From: Naegleria gruberi
Taxonomy: Eukaryota
Length of the DNA: 64,000 nt
Assembly: GCA_000004985.1 (NCBI GenBank)
Contig: GG738883.1
Strand: one strand, 5' to 3'
In this document: one piece after another, positions 10,635-20,874 of the stretch
Numbering within the stretch: the stretch's first letter is position 1
How the letters are laid out: the number at the start of each line of letters is the position of its first letter
The notes under the pieces: model-generated
What the model saw: only the letters and a program-made list of their open reading frames with translations
The model's database searches: none
What the model was told of the DNA's origin: nothing
Translations under genes and position numbers: made by a program

Positions 10635-13028
10635 TTATTGATCCAAAACTTGAATGAGGACAGAGTTTGGTTTTTTCACAATTTCACCAATTTTCCACAA
10701 ATTCAAATTCTTTTCCTTGAACGAATTGACCAGCTTTTCTTCCTCATCAGGAGAAATGGTAAACAGCAAGCCACCACTTGTTTGAGCATCTGCCAAAATT
10801 AATTGTTCTTCCTTTGATAGAGTTGAGGCGAATTCAACGAATTGTTGAACATTTTCCAAATTAGTTTTGGTTCCTCCAGGAATAACAATTCTCATTAAGG
10901 ATAGACAAGAAGAATCCAAAAGAGGAATTTGCTTTGCATTCAATTGAGCTACCAAATCCTTATTTTCCTCACAGATTTCTCTACTTCCTTTCATAATTTC
11001 CTTCAAATGTCCTAGTAATCCAAAACCTGTCACATCAGTGCAAGAAGAGACAGATTTCATTTCTCTCAACACATACGAAGTATCTCTATTCAAAGTCTTC
11101 ATAGAATTGATTGCAGATTGAGCTGTTTCAGATTCATATGGAACATTACCCAATTTCATTGCAGATGTAATGACACCTGTTCCAATTCTCTTGGTGAGGA
11201 ATAATAAATCTCCTTCTTCACATCCAACATTTCTGAAAATCTTGTCAGGATGAATAATGCCATTTACACTCATGCCGAATTTAGGTTCCTCATCATCGAT
11301 GGAATGACCACCAACAATGGCAACTCCAGCTTCATTGGCTTTATCGATGGAACCTCTCAAGATTTCTTGGAGAATTTCGATTGGGAGAGTTCTGGATGGG
11401 AAGGCAACAACACTGAGAGCTGTTTGTGGTTTACCACCCATTGCATAGACATCACTTAAGGCATTAGCACAAGCAATAGCTCCAAAATCGTAAGGGTTGT
11501 CCACAATTGGAGCGAAAAAGTCAATGGTGCTTACAATAGCAACGTGATCATTGATTTTGTAAACTGCTGCATCGTCACAGGTTGAATTTCCAACCAGAAC
11601 TGAATTATTTTCTGGTTGTTTTGGCAATTTCTGTAAAATACTGTCTAGTAATCGAGAATTAATCTTACATCCACATCCCAATCCAGAAGCTAATTGAGTC
11701 AACTTGACATTATCTGCATTAACGTTCAATGAAACTTTCTTTGAGAAACAAACTCCGCTTGAAGATATTGAACTAGAACAAGATGAAGCAACTCCTGTAG
11801 CTCCTCCACCACATGGACCACAGGATGATGAGCCACTTCCGCCTCCAGAAGTTGCCATTGATGGAGCAGCTCCTTTTGATTTTAGCCCAAAGTGAATCGA
11901 ACGGTTTCCAACGACATTAAAGTGATTTCCCAACCAAGTATCTGAAAGAACTGAGGCAGTATTTCCACAAACTAGAACTGGTTTGTGGGCTTCAAATTTG
12001 TGAGTACCATCCAATTGGTAACTTTGTGGATAGCCCTTAATACTTCCCTTATAATAAGCAACTTGTCCATAATCTTCACATAATGGTTCAAAATCGAATA
12101 ACTTGAATAATCTGTATGTGGAAGTGAATGACGAGAGCTCTGAAAATAAATCTTGCATATCCTCCTCACCTTTTGGTGGTACCATCGATATGGAAATCAT
12201 TGAGGAACGACTCAATTCTCTTGGATCTTCAAATCCAGACTTTTTCACAAATCTAATAAAGTCATTAATGTACATGGCATGTGAAAACAAATTGATGAGA
12301 CTCTTTTGTGAAGGCGCAATCAAGGATCTGTGGACAGAGTTTTGCAAGACGGAAATTTGCAAATTGTCCAATCTTCTATCGGTATAAATATCCTGATAGT
12401 AAAATTCACCTCCCTTTTTAAGTAATCCAAATGAAAGCTCAAACATTTTTCTCTTCTCTCTCAATTGGAATCCAGGGAAATTACCAATCATTACATCAAA
12501 GGATTCTTTCTTCTCCAATTCCACTTTCAGCTCATGCTGTTTTCCTAAATAAGTAAAGTCAATTGGACTAAATGACAAGTCCTTCAACAATTCATCCATT
12601 ACCTTAATCAACTCTTCCTCGCTCTCCAAACCTCCCATTCTATACAACTTTTCTCTATTTTCACTCAGTACCAACAATGAAACTCTTCCATTTCTTCCAA
12701 CCATTTTCGAAGCCACCAAAACATCTCTCATTGCACTTGATAATAACAACTCATCATCACCATTCGCACACAACACACCAACATTAAGGTGATGATGATT
12801 ATCGAGAGTGGATGATCCCAATCCCAGTGGAATATTCATTCCGATCATTCCCTGTGAAGAAAATGCTGAGGATTGATCTAAAAGTTTGCTGAGGAATTTT
12901 CTTAAAGTTTCCGAATGTAGGGTTGATGATGAGGCAATTTGGGAAAGTTGATTGAGTAGTTGGACATGATCTCTGTGATGAGAGTTACTGGAAATGAAAT
13001 TAAGATTTAAGAATTCTATCATTTTCAT
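10635..13028 (-). CDS. SPS: Selenophosphate synthetase (SelD/SPS, Cys-type) fused to an N-terminal arsenite/selenium-methyltransferase (AS3MT)-like domain.
   Basis: The C-terminal half has the SelD active-site signature LASGLGCGCKINSRLLDSIL (E. coli HGAGCGCKISPKVLETIL) and AIR-synthase-like blocks (AAVYKIND, FFAPIVDNPYDFGAIACANALSDVYAMGG). The N-terminal ~440 aa has AS3MT-like blocks (FDVMIGNFPGF...LLKKGGEFYYQDIYTDRRL; RLFKLFDFE; a Cys/Gly-rich SSSCGPCGGG segment). The expected GxGxG SAM loop appears degenerate (NVGVLCANGDDE). Confidence 0.85.
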   Translation of the reverse strand: MKMIEFLNLNFISSNSHHRDHVQLLNQLSQIASSSTLHSETLRKFLSKLLDQSSAFSSQGMIGMNIPLGLGSSTLDNHHHLNVGVLCANGDDELLLSSAMRDVLVASKMVGRNGRVSLLVLSENREKLYRMGGLESEEELIKVMDELLKDLSFSPIDFTYLGKQHELKVELEKKESFDVMIGNFPGFQLREKRKMFELSFGLLKKGGEFYYQDIYTDRRLDNLQISVLQNSVHRSLIAPSQKSLINLFSHAMYINDFIRFVKKSGFEDPRELSRSSMISISMVPPKGEEDMQDLFSELSSFTSTYRLFKLFDFEPLCEDYGQVAYYKGSIKGYPQSYQLDGTHKFEAHKPVLVCGNTASVLSDTWLGNHFNVVGNRSIHFGLKSKGAAPSMATSGGGSGSSSCGPCGGGATGVASSCSSSISSSGVCFSKKVSLNVNADNVKLTQLASGLGCGCKINSRLLDSILQKLPKQPENNSVLVGNSTCDDAAVYKINDHVAIVSTIDFFAPIVDNPYDFGAIACANALSDVYAMGGKPQTALSVVAFPSRTLPIEILQEILRGSIDKANEAGVAIVGGHSIDDEEPKFGMSVNGIIHPDKIFRNVGCEEGDLLFLTKRIGTGVITSAMKLGNVPYESETAQSAINSMKTLNRDTSYVLREMKSVSSCTDVTGFGLLGHLKEIMKGSREICEENKDLVAQLNAKQIPLLDSSCLSLMRIVIPGGTKTNLENVQQFVEFASTLSKEEQLILADAQTSGGLLFTISPDEEEKLVNSFKEKNLNLWKIGEIVKKPNSVLIQVLDQ

Positions 13029-13804
13029 ATAGTTAATAATAATATGTATTTAAATGTGGTATTTAATTTTATATTGAAAAGGATGGAAGTTATTGTTTCA
13101 ATTTTTTTGAATTGAAAAACGGAGGATCAATATGCTTAGAGTATTATTTAAAATATTATGAAATTCGGCACTTTACAAATTCGCCGTAATTGAATAATAA
13201 TAATTATTAACAAATAATTAAATACAGTTTACAAAAAAACCATCTACTTGGGAACTTAAGAAGGCTGGACCACCAACTCTTCAAACATGATCAACTCCCT
13301 CTTTCCACTCTTTTCCATTCCTCTCCACAATCCATTTTCATCCAACTTCCTCACTCTCATACCTTCCCAAAATGTTCTCCTTACTAAACCATCACATCAC
13401 AAAGATAATAATAATAAATTGATAACAATTTTCTCTCAAAATCGAGTTACTGACCAACCCCCTTAAAGAATATTCTCAAATCTGGCAATTCTCGGATTCT
13501 TTTTCTCTCTCCATTGTCATCCACACAACACTGTTCTTCTTCGTCCTCTTATCTTTGTTTCTCTCTACTCCATCTCCACCTTACAAAAACTATAAAAAGA
13601 CTTGTGAATGGGCAAATATTTCTGCCATCAAGAAAAAAAATACAAAACGTGATTTGGTTACCGAGAATCACACTCACTCACACACGAAATTGATTGTTTT
13701 TTACTCTACTTGTGCTAACGAAGTTATAGTATCATCTACGACTATTTCAACATTCTCCTCATAATCATCATCATCATCATATTGAAGATTTTTTTACATA
13801 CAAA

Positions 13805-14569
13805 ATGAAAATTGGTTCGGGTCGTTCTTGTAGAACTCCATCATCATCAGGTTCAATAGGATTTCATAGCAATTCATTGTATCGTAGAAATATTGGAAAG
13901 ATGAATTTGCTCATGTTTTTTGTTACACTGGTGATCAGTTTATCAATACTTCATACATCATCTTCAACATCGCCATCATTTGGAGTGATGGCCATTTATA
14001 CGGAAATATATGCTGGAAAATCTGTCTGCTTTGCCGAAGATATCACTCCTAATACACCAGTCATAGTAACATATACAGCACCAAGTACAGTTGTGTTATC
14101 TACCTTGACAATAAGAGATCCATTTGGAGGTGTAGTTTCGGAAGAGAAGAATTTCCCATCAAATGGACCTCACAAGGTTCAATTCAAAACACGTTTTGAT
14201 GTTTCTGGAATGTATGAAATTTGTATCATGCCAACACAATTTGCTTCGATTCACGTTTATGGAGAGCCAACCTATGCTGCTATTAATATTGAAGTGGATA
14301 GAGAACATACGACTATGGATCATCCGGAAAGCAAGGACAGAGTAGAGAAATTATCAAATTTATTAACATCAGTGCAAGGGAAAATTAACGAAATCAATGC
14401 TCACCAGAACTACTTGAAAGAAAGAGAGGCCCGATTTCGATTCACAACTGATAGTACTTATGAAAGATGTTTTTGGATGGGTGCTGGAAAGTTTGGATTG
14501 TTATTTGTTCTAGCTGCTTGGCAATTGTACAATCTTCGTTCCTTCTTCAAGAAGAGGAAATTAATTTAA
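13805..14569 (+). CDS. p24/emp24 (GOLD-domain) cargo receptor.
   Basis: Signal-peptide-like MNLLMFFVTLVISLSILHTSSS (alternative ATG at 13901), a GOLD-like beta region, a coiled segment, then a C-terminal TM plus short tail (FGLLFVLAAWQLYNLRSFFKKRKLI) typical of p24. Confidence 0.8.
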   Translation: MKIGSGRSCRTPSSSGSIGFHSNSLYRRNIGKMNLLMFFVTLVISLSILHTSSSTSPSFGVMAIYTEIYAGKSVCFAEDITPNTPVIVTYTAPSTVVLSTLTIRDPFGGVVSEEKNFPSNGPHKVQFKTRFDVSGMYEICIMPTQFASIHVYGEPTYAAINIEVDREHTTMDHPESKDRVEKLSNLLTSVQGKINEINAHQNYLKEREARFRFTTDSTYERCFWMGAGKFGLLFVLAAWQLYNLRSFFKKRKLI

Positions 14570-14835
14570 TTATTTTGATTTATTTGAGTATATATAATAA
14601 TTTAACATATGTGAACAACAAGACACTAATGATTGTAAATTAAAAACATTGCGATAAATATTTTACTGCAACAATTAATCATTGTTGCAATTTTCAATAA
14701 TAATTTGAATCTGCTGCCACTATGATATTCTTTTCTGAACTTATTAGAATTGAGTGTTGGGAGGAATTCCCATCTCCCAAGTTGAGTGATAAATCTATTA
14801 GAGGTTGATAGTGATGATGCCCTTCAAAGAAAACA

Positions 14836-16446
14836 ATGAAACCACACCACCATCAAAAAAGAAATAACCAATCTTTAACTGCATCATCACCAATTCTATT
14901 CGGTAAAATTCCTCATGTAGTAGAATTGTCATCATCACAACAAACGAATTATCACAATAATGAAGAAGTGAAATCGTTAACTGTTTCGGAAGAACAATCT
15001 TGTGGAAACATGACAAGGAAGGAACATAAACCGAGGAAATCCAGAGATTTTGCAAATAGGAATGTGAAAAAGCATGCTGACTCTAAAAACAAACGAAAAT
15101 TGACCAATAATTTTGTGCATTTACCTTGTGAATTAGTATTGCATATTGTAGAATATTTGGAGTTTTCACAATTTATTCACATCTTTCTATTGTGTAAAAA
15201 TTTAACAAACAAATTGAATGAAAATTCCTCTCAATTCTACAAACTGCTATTGATTAGAATTATGAAAAGTGATATTTCCAGCTATAGGAGATATTTAGAG
15301 GAGAGAACCAAGTATAATTCCTGTCCATTCTCATTCGATATTAAGAGCACTTGCTTTAAGGCAAGAGGAATTGTACAGTGGAAAAGGTTGATTGAAAAGA
15401 GAGAGCACGAATTGGATAATCATTTGAATAAGAAACGAAAAGAACTCAAGGATTGGAAACAAGTTTATGACGGCTATTCGAGGAGAAGATCCATTGAGCA
15501 TGTCATGTTTAGAGTGAAAACTGTTTCGAAAGCTTGTTGGAAGAATGATAAGTCCTTGATTCTTGTTTTGAAAATGATAACTCAATTGAGGGAGAAATTG
15601 TTGAAATTGGACCCTGAATTGAGAAAGTACATTGTACAGAGAAATTATGGAAAGAGAATCAAAAGAGGACATACACTCTTCCATCAAATAGTTTATCTGA
15701 TTGGAAATTATTCAGAAATTCGATATGATTATGAATCTATTCAACCTTTCGTACCCCATCTCAAGTTTCTAATTGGATGTTGTGGAGAAGAAAATCCTCT
15801 CTTTACCAGAAATTCATACAATTACTCTGGAATGGATTATATTGTGAGAATTGGGAGTTATGCACTCATATCAGAGATGGTCTATTCGTACTCTCATCTA
15901 TTGAAAGGATCAGATTTATCAACATTTGAAAGGAAACCATTCTTGTTTTCCATGATTAAGAACAAGATTGCTAGCACAGTTATTAAGAATTGGATTCAAA
16001 AGTTTGAATTTCCAAAATCCTCTTTGACTATTCGAAATCATCTCAATATGAATATTCTTCACTATCTGATGCACTTTGTATTTAAATATGGTACCCAAGA
16101 CTTTTCACAATTCGTTTACCTTCTGAAAAGTGAATTATCTGAAGAGCAAGTACTAGCAATGCTAAAGGGAAAAGATGATTTAGACGAAACACCAATGTCT
16201 AAACTCCTTTCTATGTGTGAAAATAATCAAAGGAATTCCAGAGTAGGAATAATCAATTGGAAGAATCTTAAAAGACTGTATGGTCTGGTCAATATGATGG
16301 CTATTCGCTTGGGATATGATATGAGTAGTGAGGAATTGGATCGTTGGAATAATTTATTGAGAAATAATGATGAAATATTTGGAGATTCTTGTTCGAAATT
16401 TCATCTTTCTGAGGGAGTTATTGAAATGATGAGAAAAGGAATGTGA
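14836..16446 (+). CDS. F-box-like protein.
   Basis: LPCELVLHIVEYLEFSQFIHIFLLCKNL fits the F-box consensus (LP.E....I..YL........VCK.); the rest is unrecognised. Confidence 0.5.
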   Translation: MKPHHHQKRNNQSLTASSPILFGKIPHVVELSSSQQTNYHNNEEVKSLTVSEEQSCGNMTRKEHKPRKSRDFANRNVKKHADSKNKRKLTNNFVHLPCELVLHIVEYLEFSQFIHIFLLCKNLTNKLNENSSQFYKLLLIRIMKSDISSYRRYLEERTKYNSCPFSFDIKSTCFKARGIVQWKRLIEKREHELDNHLNKKRKELKDWKQVYDGYSRRRSIEHVMFRVKTVSKACWKNDKSLILVLKMITQLREKLLKLDPELRKYIVQRNYGKRIKRGHTLFHQIVYLIGNYSEIRYDYESIQPFVPHLKFLIGCCGEENPLFTRNSYNYSGMDYIVRIGSYALISEMVYSYSHLLKGSDLSTFERKPFLFSMIKNKIASTVIKNWIQKFEFPKSSLTIRNHLNMNILHYLMHFVFKYGTQDFSQFVYLLKSELSEEQVLAMLKGKDDLDETPMSKLLSMCENNQRNSRVGIINWKNLKRLYGLVNMMAIRLGYDMSSEELDRWNNLLRNNDEIFGDSCSKFHLSEGVIEMMRKGM

Positions 16447-16762
16447 TCTATTAGCAGTTAGAGAATCTGTTTATTGATTTGTAGTGGTAATGAAGATTTT
16501 ACACAGCAGAGTTGAGGAGTAAAGAAAGTAAATTCAGCTATTGAAGTGTTACCACTTTTTAAACAATATCAACAACGTTCACTTTGTGTGCTGTTTGGAC
16601 ATTGAACATGCACAGTAATTGGGCGATTTAAGTATGAATGATTAAGCGCTTCTTCAACAATAAATAATTCTTGCAACATTTTTGTGAAATAATGGAAATT
16701 GTTTGAAAAAAAAGTGATTATTCCAGTTGGCTAAAAGCACATATCTAAATCTTTATTCAGAT

Positions 16763-18071
16763 TTATCTTCTTCTTCTGTATGAGGAGGAGGAAGAGGATC
16801 TTGAAGATGATCTAGATGGAGATCTGGAGTAAGATCTAGATGGGGATCTAGATGATGATCTTGAAGAGGATCTAGATGAGGATCTAGATGAGGATCTTGA
16901 AGATGATCTAGATGGGGATCTAGAATAAGATCTTGAGGTAGATCTAGATGGGGATCTGGATGATGATCTGGATGATGATCTTGATGATTGTCTACCAGAT
17001 GATCTAGAAGATTGTCTTGGTCTGTATTCTCTGGTTTGTCTTCTTCCAGTATTTTGTCTTCTACCAGTGGATTGTCTTCCAGTATTTTGTCTTCTAGTTG
17101 GTCTAGTAGATGGTCTGGTTGGTCTGGTTGTTGGTCTGGTTGATGGTCTAGATGGTCTAGATGGTCTAGTTGGTCTGGTTGATGGTCTAGATGGTCTGGT
17201 TGATGGTCTAGTTGGTCTAGATGGTCTTTGAGTGGATGGTCTAGATGGTCTAGTTGGTCTTTCAGTTGGTCTAGTTTGTTGAGTTGGTCTTTGGGCTGGT
17301 TGAGCAGGTTGTTGAGATGGAGCTCTTCCATTATCAAGAACATTCAAAGCAGCTCTATACTTTTGATCTCTGTCAGCCTTACCATTGTAACCACCGTTAA
17401 TTCTCTTGGTGATTCTATCGAAAGCATCTTGATTCTTTTGATCAGCATATTGATTCAAATTTCTAGAATTCCAGAACCAAGCAGCAGTCTTGAAACCAAT
17501 ATCTGGTCTTTCAGCAAGGGTTGGATTATTTTCCAAATCAACACCCAAAGCTTTACCAGCAGCACGATAATTGGAACGTCCAGTAATTTGAATAGGACCT
17601 CTTCCCTTATACTATAATTATATGAATGTAAATTATCATTAGATCAACATGTTAAAAAGCAAGACACAAAATTTGATGATAGAACAAAGATATTAGAAAT
17701 ACAACAATAATAACAAAAAAACATACTCTAACACCATCACCAGAATGAGTATTACCCAAATCCTTTCTACCTTCATAAGCCTTTCCAGAAGCAAATTCTC
17801 TAAACCACTTCAAGTTACCAGATTCATGACCCAATTGAGCCAAGAAAGCAGCTTGTCTAGCAGGAGTATTAATACCAGCAGAATTCATAGCTTCATTCAA
17901 GTGTCCAACATATTCATTAGCCTTTGATGAGGACAATCCAGGCATTAATTGACTCAATTCAGAGGCAGTCAAATCACGCAAGATATCGAAAGAGTCTTCA
18001 GTTGCTGATGCAGCGGCAGCGGCGAACATCAAACAAGCGAACAAAACGGCAACGATGGCGAAGAGTTTCAT
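16763..18071 (-). CDS. Secreted GH19 (bacterial/phage-type chitinase/lysozyme) domain protein with a long C-terminal Pro/Thr/Arg/Ser repeat tail. Join: exon1 18071..17727, intron 17726..17612 (GTATGT...TATAG), exon2 17611..16763.
   Basis: Signal peptide MKLFAIVAVLFACLMFAAAAASA. Exon1 ends ...AFLAQLGHESGNLKWFREFASGKAYEGRKDLGNTHSGDGVR and exon2 continues YKGRGPIQITGRSNYRAAGKALGVDLENNPTLAERPDIGFKTAAWFWN...INGGYNG. Together these make a contiguous GH19 catalytic signature. The ~180-aa tail is (RPSRPT)n then (SRSS)n, ending SSSSSSYRRRR. Confidence 0.8.
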
Positions 18072-18521
18072 TTTTTGATTTTTTTTTAGATGATGATTTT
18101 TGCTGTGCGTATGAATTGCGAGATTGAAAAAGGCAGCAGAGGTGAACAATTCGATTATAATGTGAGAGCGTGGGATTATGATTATTGAAATCGAAGTGTA
18201 TGTTTGGCAGGTGACAGATGTCAGATTGGCTGTAGTTAGTGGCATAGGTTTGGATTGTGCTAGTATCATTATCTTGTTATATTGATACAATGATGGGTAG
18301 ATTGATTATTTCAATGTTGAATTTTTAACAAACTGACAATGTGATCATGGACCGTTTTCCATCAACATCTCTAGTAGCACCCATCTTCATCAGTCTTTCC
18401 ACAATTATTAATATCACAGTAATGTATTAATAACTTGTTCTGTCCAAATTCAAAAAGTGACATCTGTCATAAATTCATGACACTCTGTGTATGTAATTTT
18501 TAAATTTTAATAATAAAAAAA

Positions 18522-19427
18522 ATGTTAACCACTCCAAATATCATTCCATCCAGCATTATCGTTCGGCTTTTTATTTTACTGTTTTTCCAATTTATTTTGA
18601 GTAATTTTATTGAAAGATTGTGGAATTTAATTTACACAAACGAAATGATGAGATCCACACTTTTCTACACCACAACAAATAATTTACTCATGGTTATCTT
18701 GTATGGATTATTTTGTGTGGTAGATAAAATGTCAAATCCTGATTGGCGTCTGAAGGGTCCTATAAAATCAAGTGTTGCTGACAGTAGCTTATATGGAGAT
18801 GCATGGTTATATTTTTGGAGAAATACTGGTTGTTCATGGACCATTGCCTCACTTTTAACATATTTGGAACATGGTGATTTGCATGGAGGTTTTACCATAC
18901 AAGGAATTGAATTTTCAAAATTTCCAAAACAAGCACCTGGATTTCCCAGATTTATTATGGAAATTTTGTTCATGTTGTTGTGTATTGACTTTTTCATGTA
19001 TTGGATGCATCGAGCTTATCATTGGGGATTTCTTTACAAGTACATTCACAGTGTTCACCATGAATATCATGAACCAATTTCGGTAAATGCTACTTCTGTG
19101 CATGTTGTCGAGATTATCAGCATGACCGTAGTAGTATTCATAGTCCCCAAGGTGCTCTATGAAATGATCGAGTTGCATCCATTATCTATTTATTGTATTT
19201 CCTTCATTACAACGGTGCATGTTGTTTTGGAACATTGTGGATATGATGATTATTTTGAGTGGTTGACGTTTGGAGTTATTCCAGTAAGCAAGATGCATTT
19301 TGTTCATCATCAATTATCGAGAGTTAATTATGGATTTTATTTTTATTTTTGGGATTGGTTGTTTGGGACTAAAATGTCATATGAGGAGATGGATAAATTA
19401 AGGCAAAAAGGAAAGAAGGAAAATTAA
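18522..19427 (+). CDS. Fatty-acid hydroxylase superfamily enzyme (sterol desaturase / C-4 methylsterol oxidase-like).
   Basis: Histidine boxes HRAYH, HSVHHEYHEP and HFVHHQ, followed by ...FWDWLFGT; multi-TM layout. Confidence 0.8.
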   Translation: MLTTPNIIPSSIIVRLFILLFFQFILSNFIERLWNLIYTNEMMRSTLFYTTTNNLLMVILYGLFCVVDKMSNPDWRLKGPIKSSVADSSLYGDAWLYFWRNTGCSWTIASLLTYLEHGDLHGGFTIQGIEFSKFPKQAPGFPRFIMEILFMLLCIDFFMYWMHRAYHWGFLYKYIHSVHHEYHEPISVNATSVHVVEIISMTVVVFIVPKVLYEMIELHPLSIYCISFITTVHVVLEHCGYDDYFEWLTFGVIPVSKMHFVHHQLSRVNYGFYFYFWDWLFGTKMSYEEMDKLRQKGKKEN

Positions 19428-19965
19428 GAAGTTTTGATATGTTTTTTTATGGTGGAAAGTGATAATTCAGCAGAATTATTGGTAATTATTTGAAACATTT
19501 CATAATTAAATTGGAATATTATGACAATGTTACCAATTCGAAGGAATTATTGTCAGTCTTTGAGGCTGTTATTCAATAAGTATGACTTTATTTAATTATA
19601 AATGTATTTATTTAATTTGGGGAAATCATCTTGTGCATATCACTTTTCCATCACCCTCAAAATCTCTTTTCCTCATAAAAACCACACAACCACATCCACT
19701 CATTCACACGCTTTCCATCTCCACAAAAACCAAAATAGCAAGAGCTCAAATCTCCAAATTTACACATCAATTCCTTATTTTCCTTAGCAATTTGATTTTA
19801 AAAAATATTCTTCGAAAAAAATTAGCAATAAGGTGAGTAGAGACCCAATACGAGATTTTTACGCTTAATATTTTGTTTGCTTAAATATTTGTCATCATCA
19901 TCACAATGATCATTATAAATATATTTGATGGATGAAATATATATCGGATTAATGTGTTGGTTAGG

Positions 19966-20787
19966 ATGGACACTCAACAACAACAAATCACTGAAATGAT
20001 CAATGATCTAAATGATAAAAAGGCAGAAATTTCTGCCAAGGTTGAAAAGGTGCAAGAAAACATTCAAAAGGTTAACAATTTTATTGAGGATAATCAAGAA
20101 AATATTCAAAAGGGAATTGAAACAGCCAATAAGGTTGTTGATACTGTTAATACAGTTCTTGAAAAGAAGGAAGAAATTGAAAAGAAGTTAAATGATATGC
20201 AAGAAGATCTCAAGATTAAGGCAACCAATACTTTGAATGCAATCGGATTGAATATTGCTGGAAAGGTTGCAGAAAAGTACAAGTTGAAATCACTCCCAGA
20301 AATGATGAACAGCATTCAAAATATCATTCCACCTGCTGTCTTGTATGGTTCAGTGATGAGAAAGCCAATGTTGACTCAATTCGGAACAATGATTCCAGGT
20401 TTTTCAGTTCCTTTCGAAACTATTGAGCTCATCGCTAGTTATGCATTCCTTGGTTTGCTTCCATTTGCCTTGTTCGTCAGCTTTATGGCAACCCAACAAA
20501 AAGCTAAAGTTGATGATGAATTGGCAAAGAGCAATGGCTCAATCAGAAGACACAAAAAGATTGCCATGTTGATGAGTATTTTGAGAGCTTCTTTGTGTGG
20601 ATTGGCTTATACTTGTTATGAATTGTTTGTTGGTCAAGTTCCTACTGAAATGGTGTTTGTCAAGTCTTATTTGCCTTACATGGCTTTTGCTACATTCACT
20701 TCAATTACTGGATACGAATGGTTAGATGCAAAGATTGATGATCTTGCTTACAAGTATTTGCCATCCCTCGTCAAGAAGGAAGAATAA
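19966..20787 (+). CDS. Hypothetical protein: N-terminal coiled-coil, C-terminal hydrophobic segments.
   Basis: 274-aa ORF with a heptad-rich N-terminus and TM-like LGLLPFALFVSFMA. No family recognised. Confidence 0.4.
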   Translation: MDTQQQQITEMINDLNDKKAEISAKVEKVQENIQKVNNFIEDNQENIQKGIETANKVVDTVNTVLEKKEEIEKKLNDMQEDLKIKATNTLNAIGLNIAGKVAEKYKLKSLPEMMNSIQNIIPPAVLYGSVMRKPMLTQFGTMIPGFSVPFETIELIASYAFLGLLPFALFVSFMATQQKAKVDDELAKSNGSIRRHKKIAMLMSILRASLCGLAYTCYELFVGQVPTEMVFVKSYLPYMAFATFTSITGYEWLDAKIDDLAYKYLPSLVKKEE

Positions 20788-20874
20788 ACTAATTAATATT
20801 CATTTTTTGTTATTCTTAATAATCCTATAAATAAATATTTGAAATAATTTAATAAATTAATCTAGAGTATTATC

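Noticed and set aside
16753-17343. Alternate-frame ORFs over repeats (DHLDHQPDQLDH... at 16753..17343; 29283..29744; 29778..30338; 41041..41487; 51949..52296).
   Set aside because: They lie in non-coding frames of strongly repetitive low-complexity coding DNA. They are open only because the repeats lack stops.
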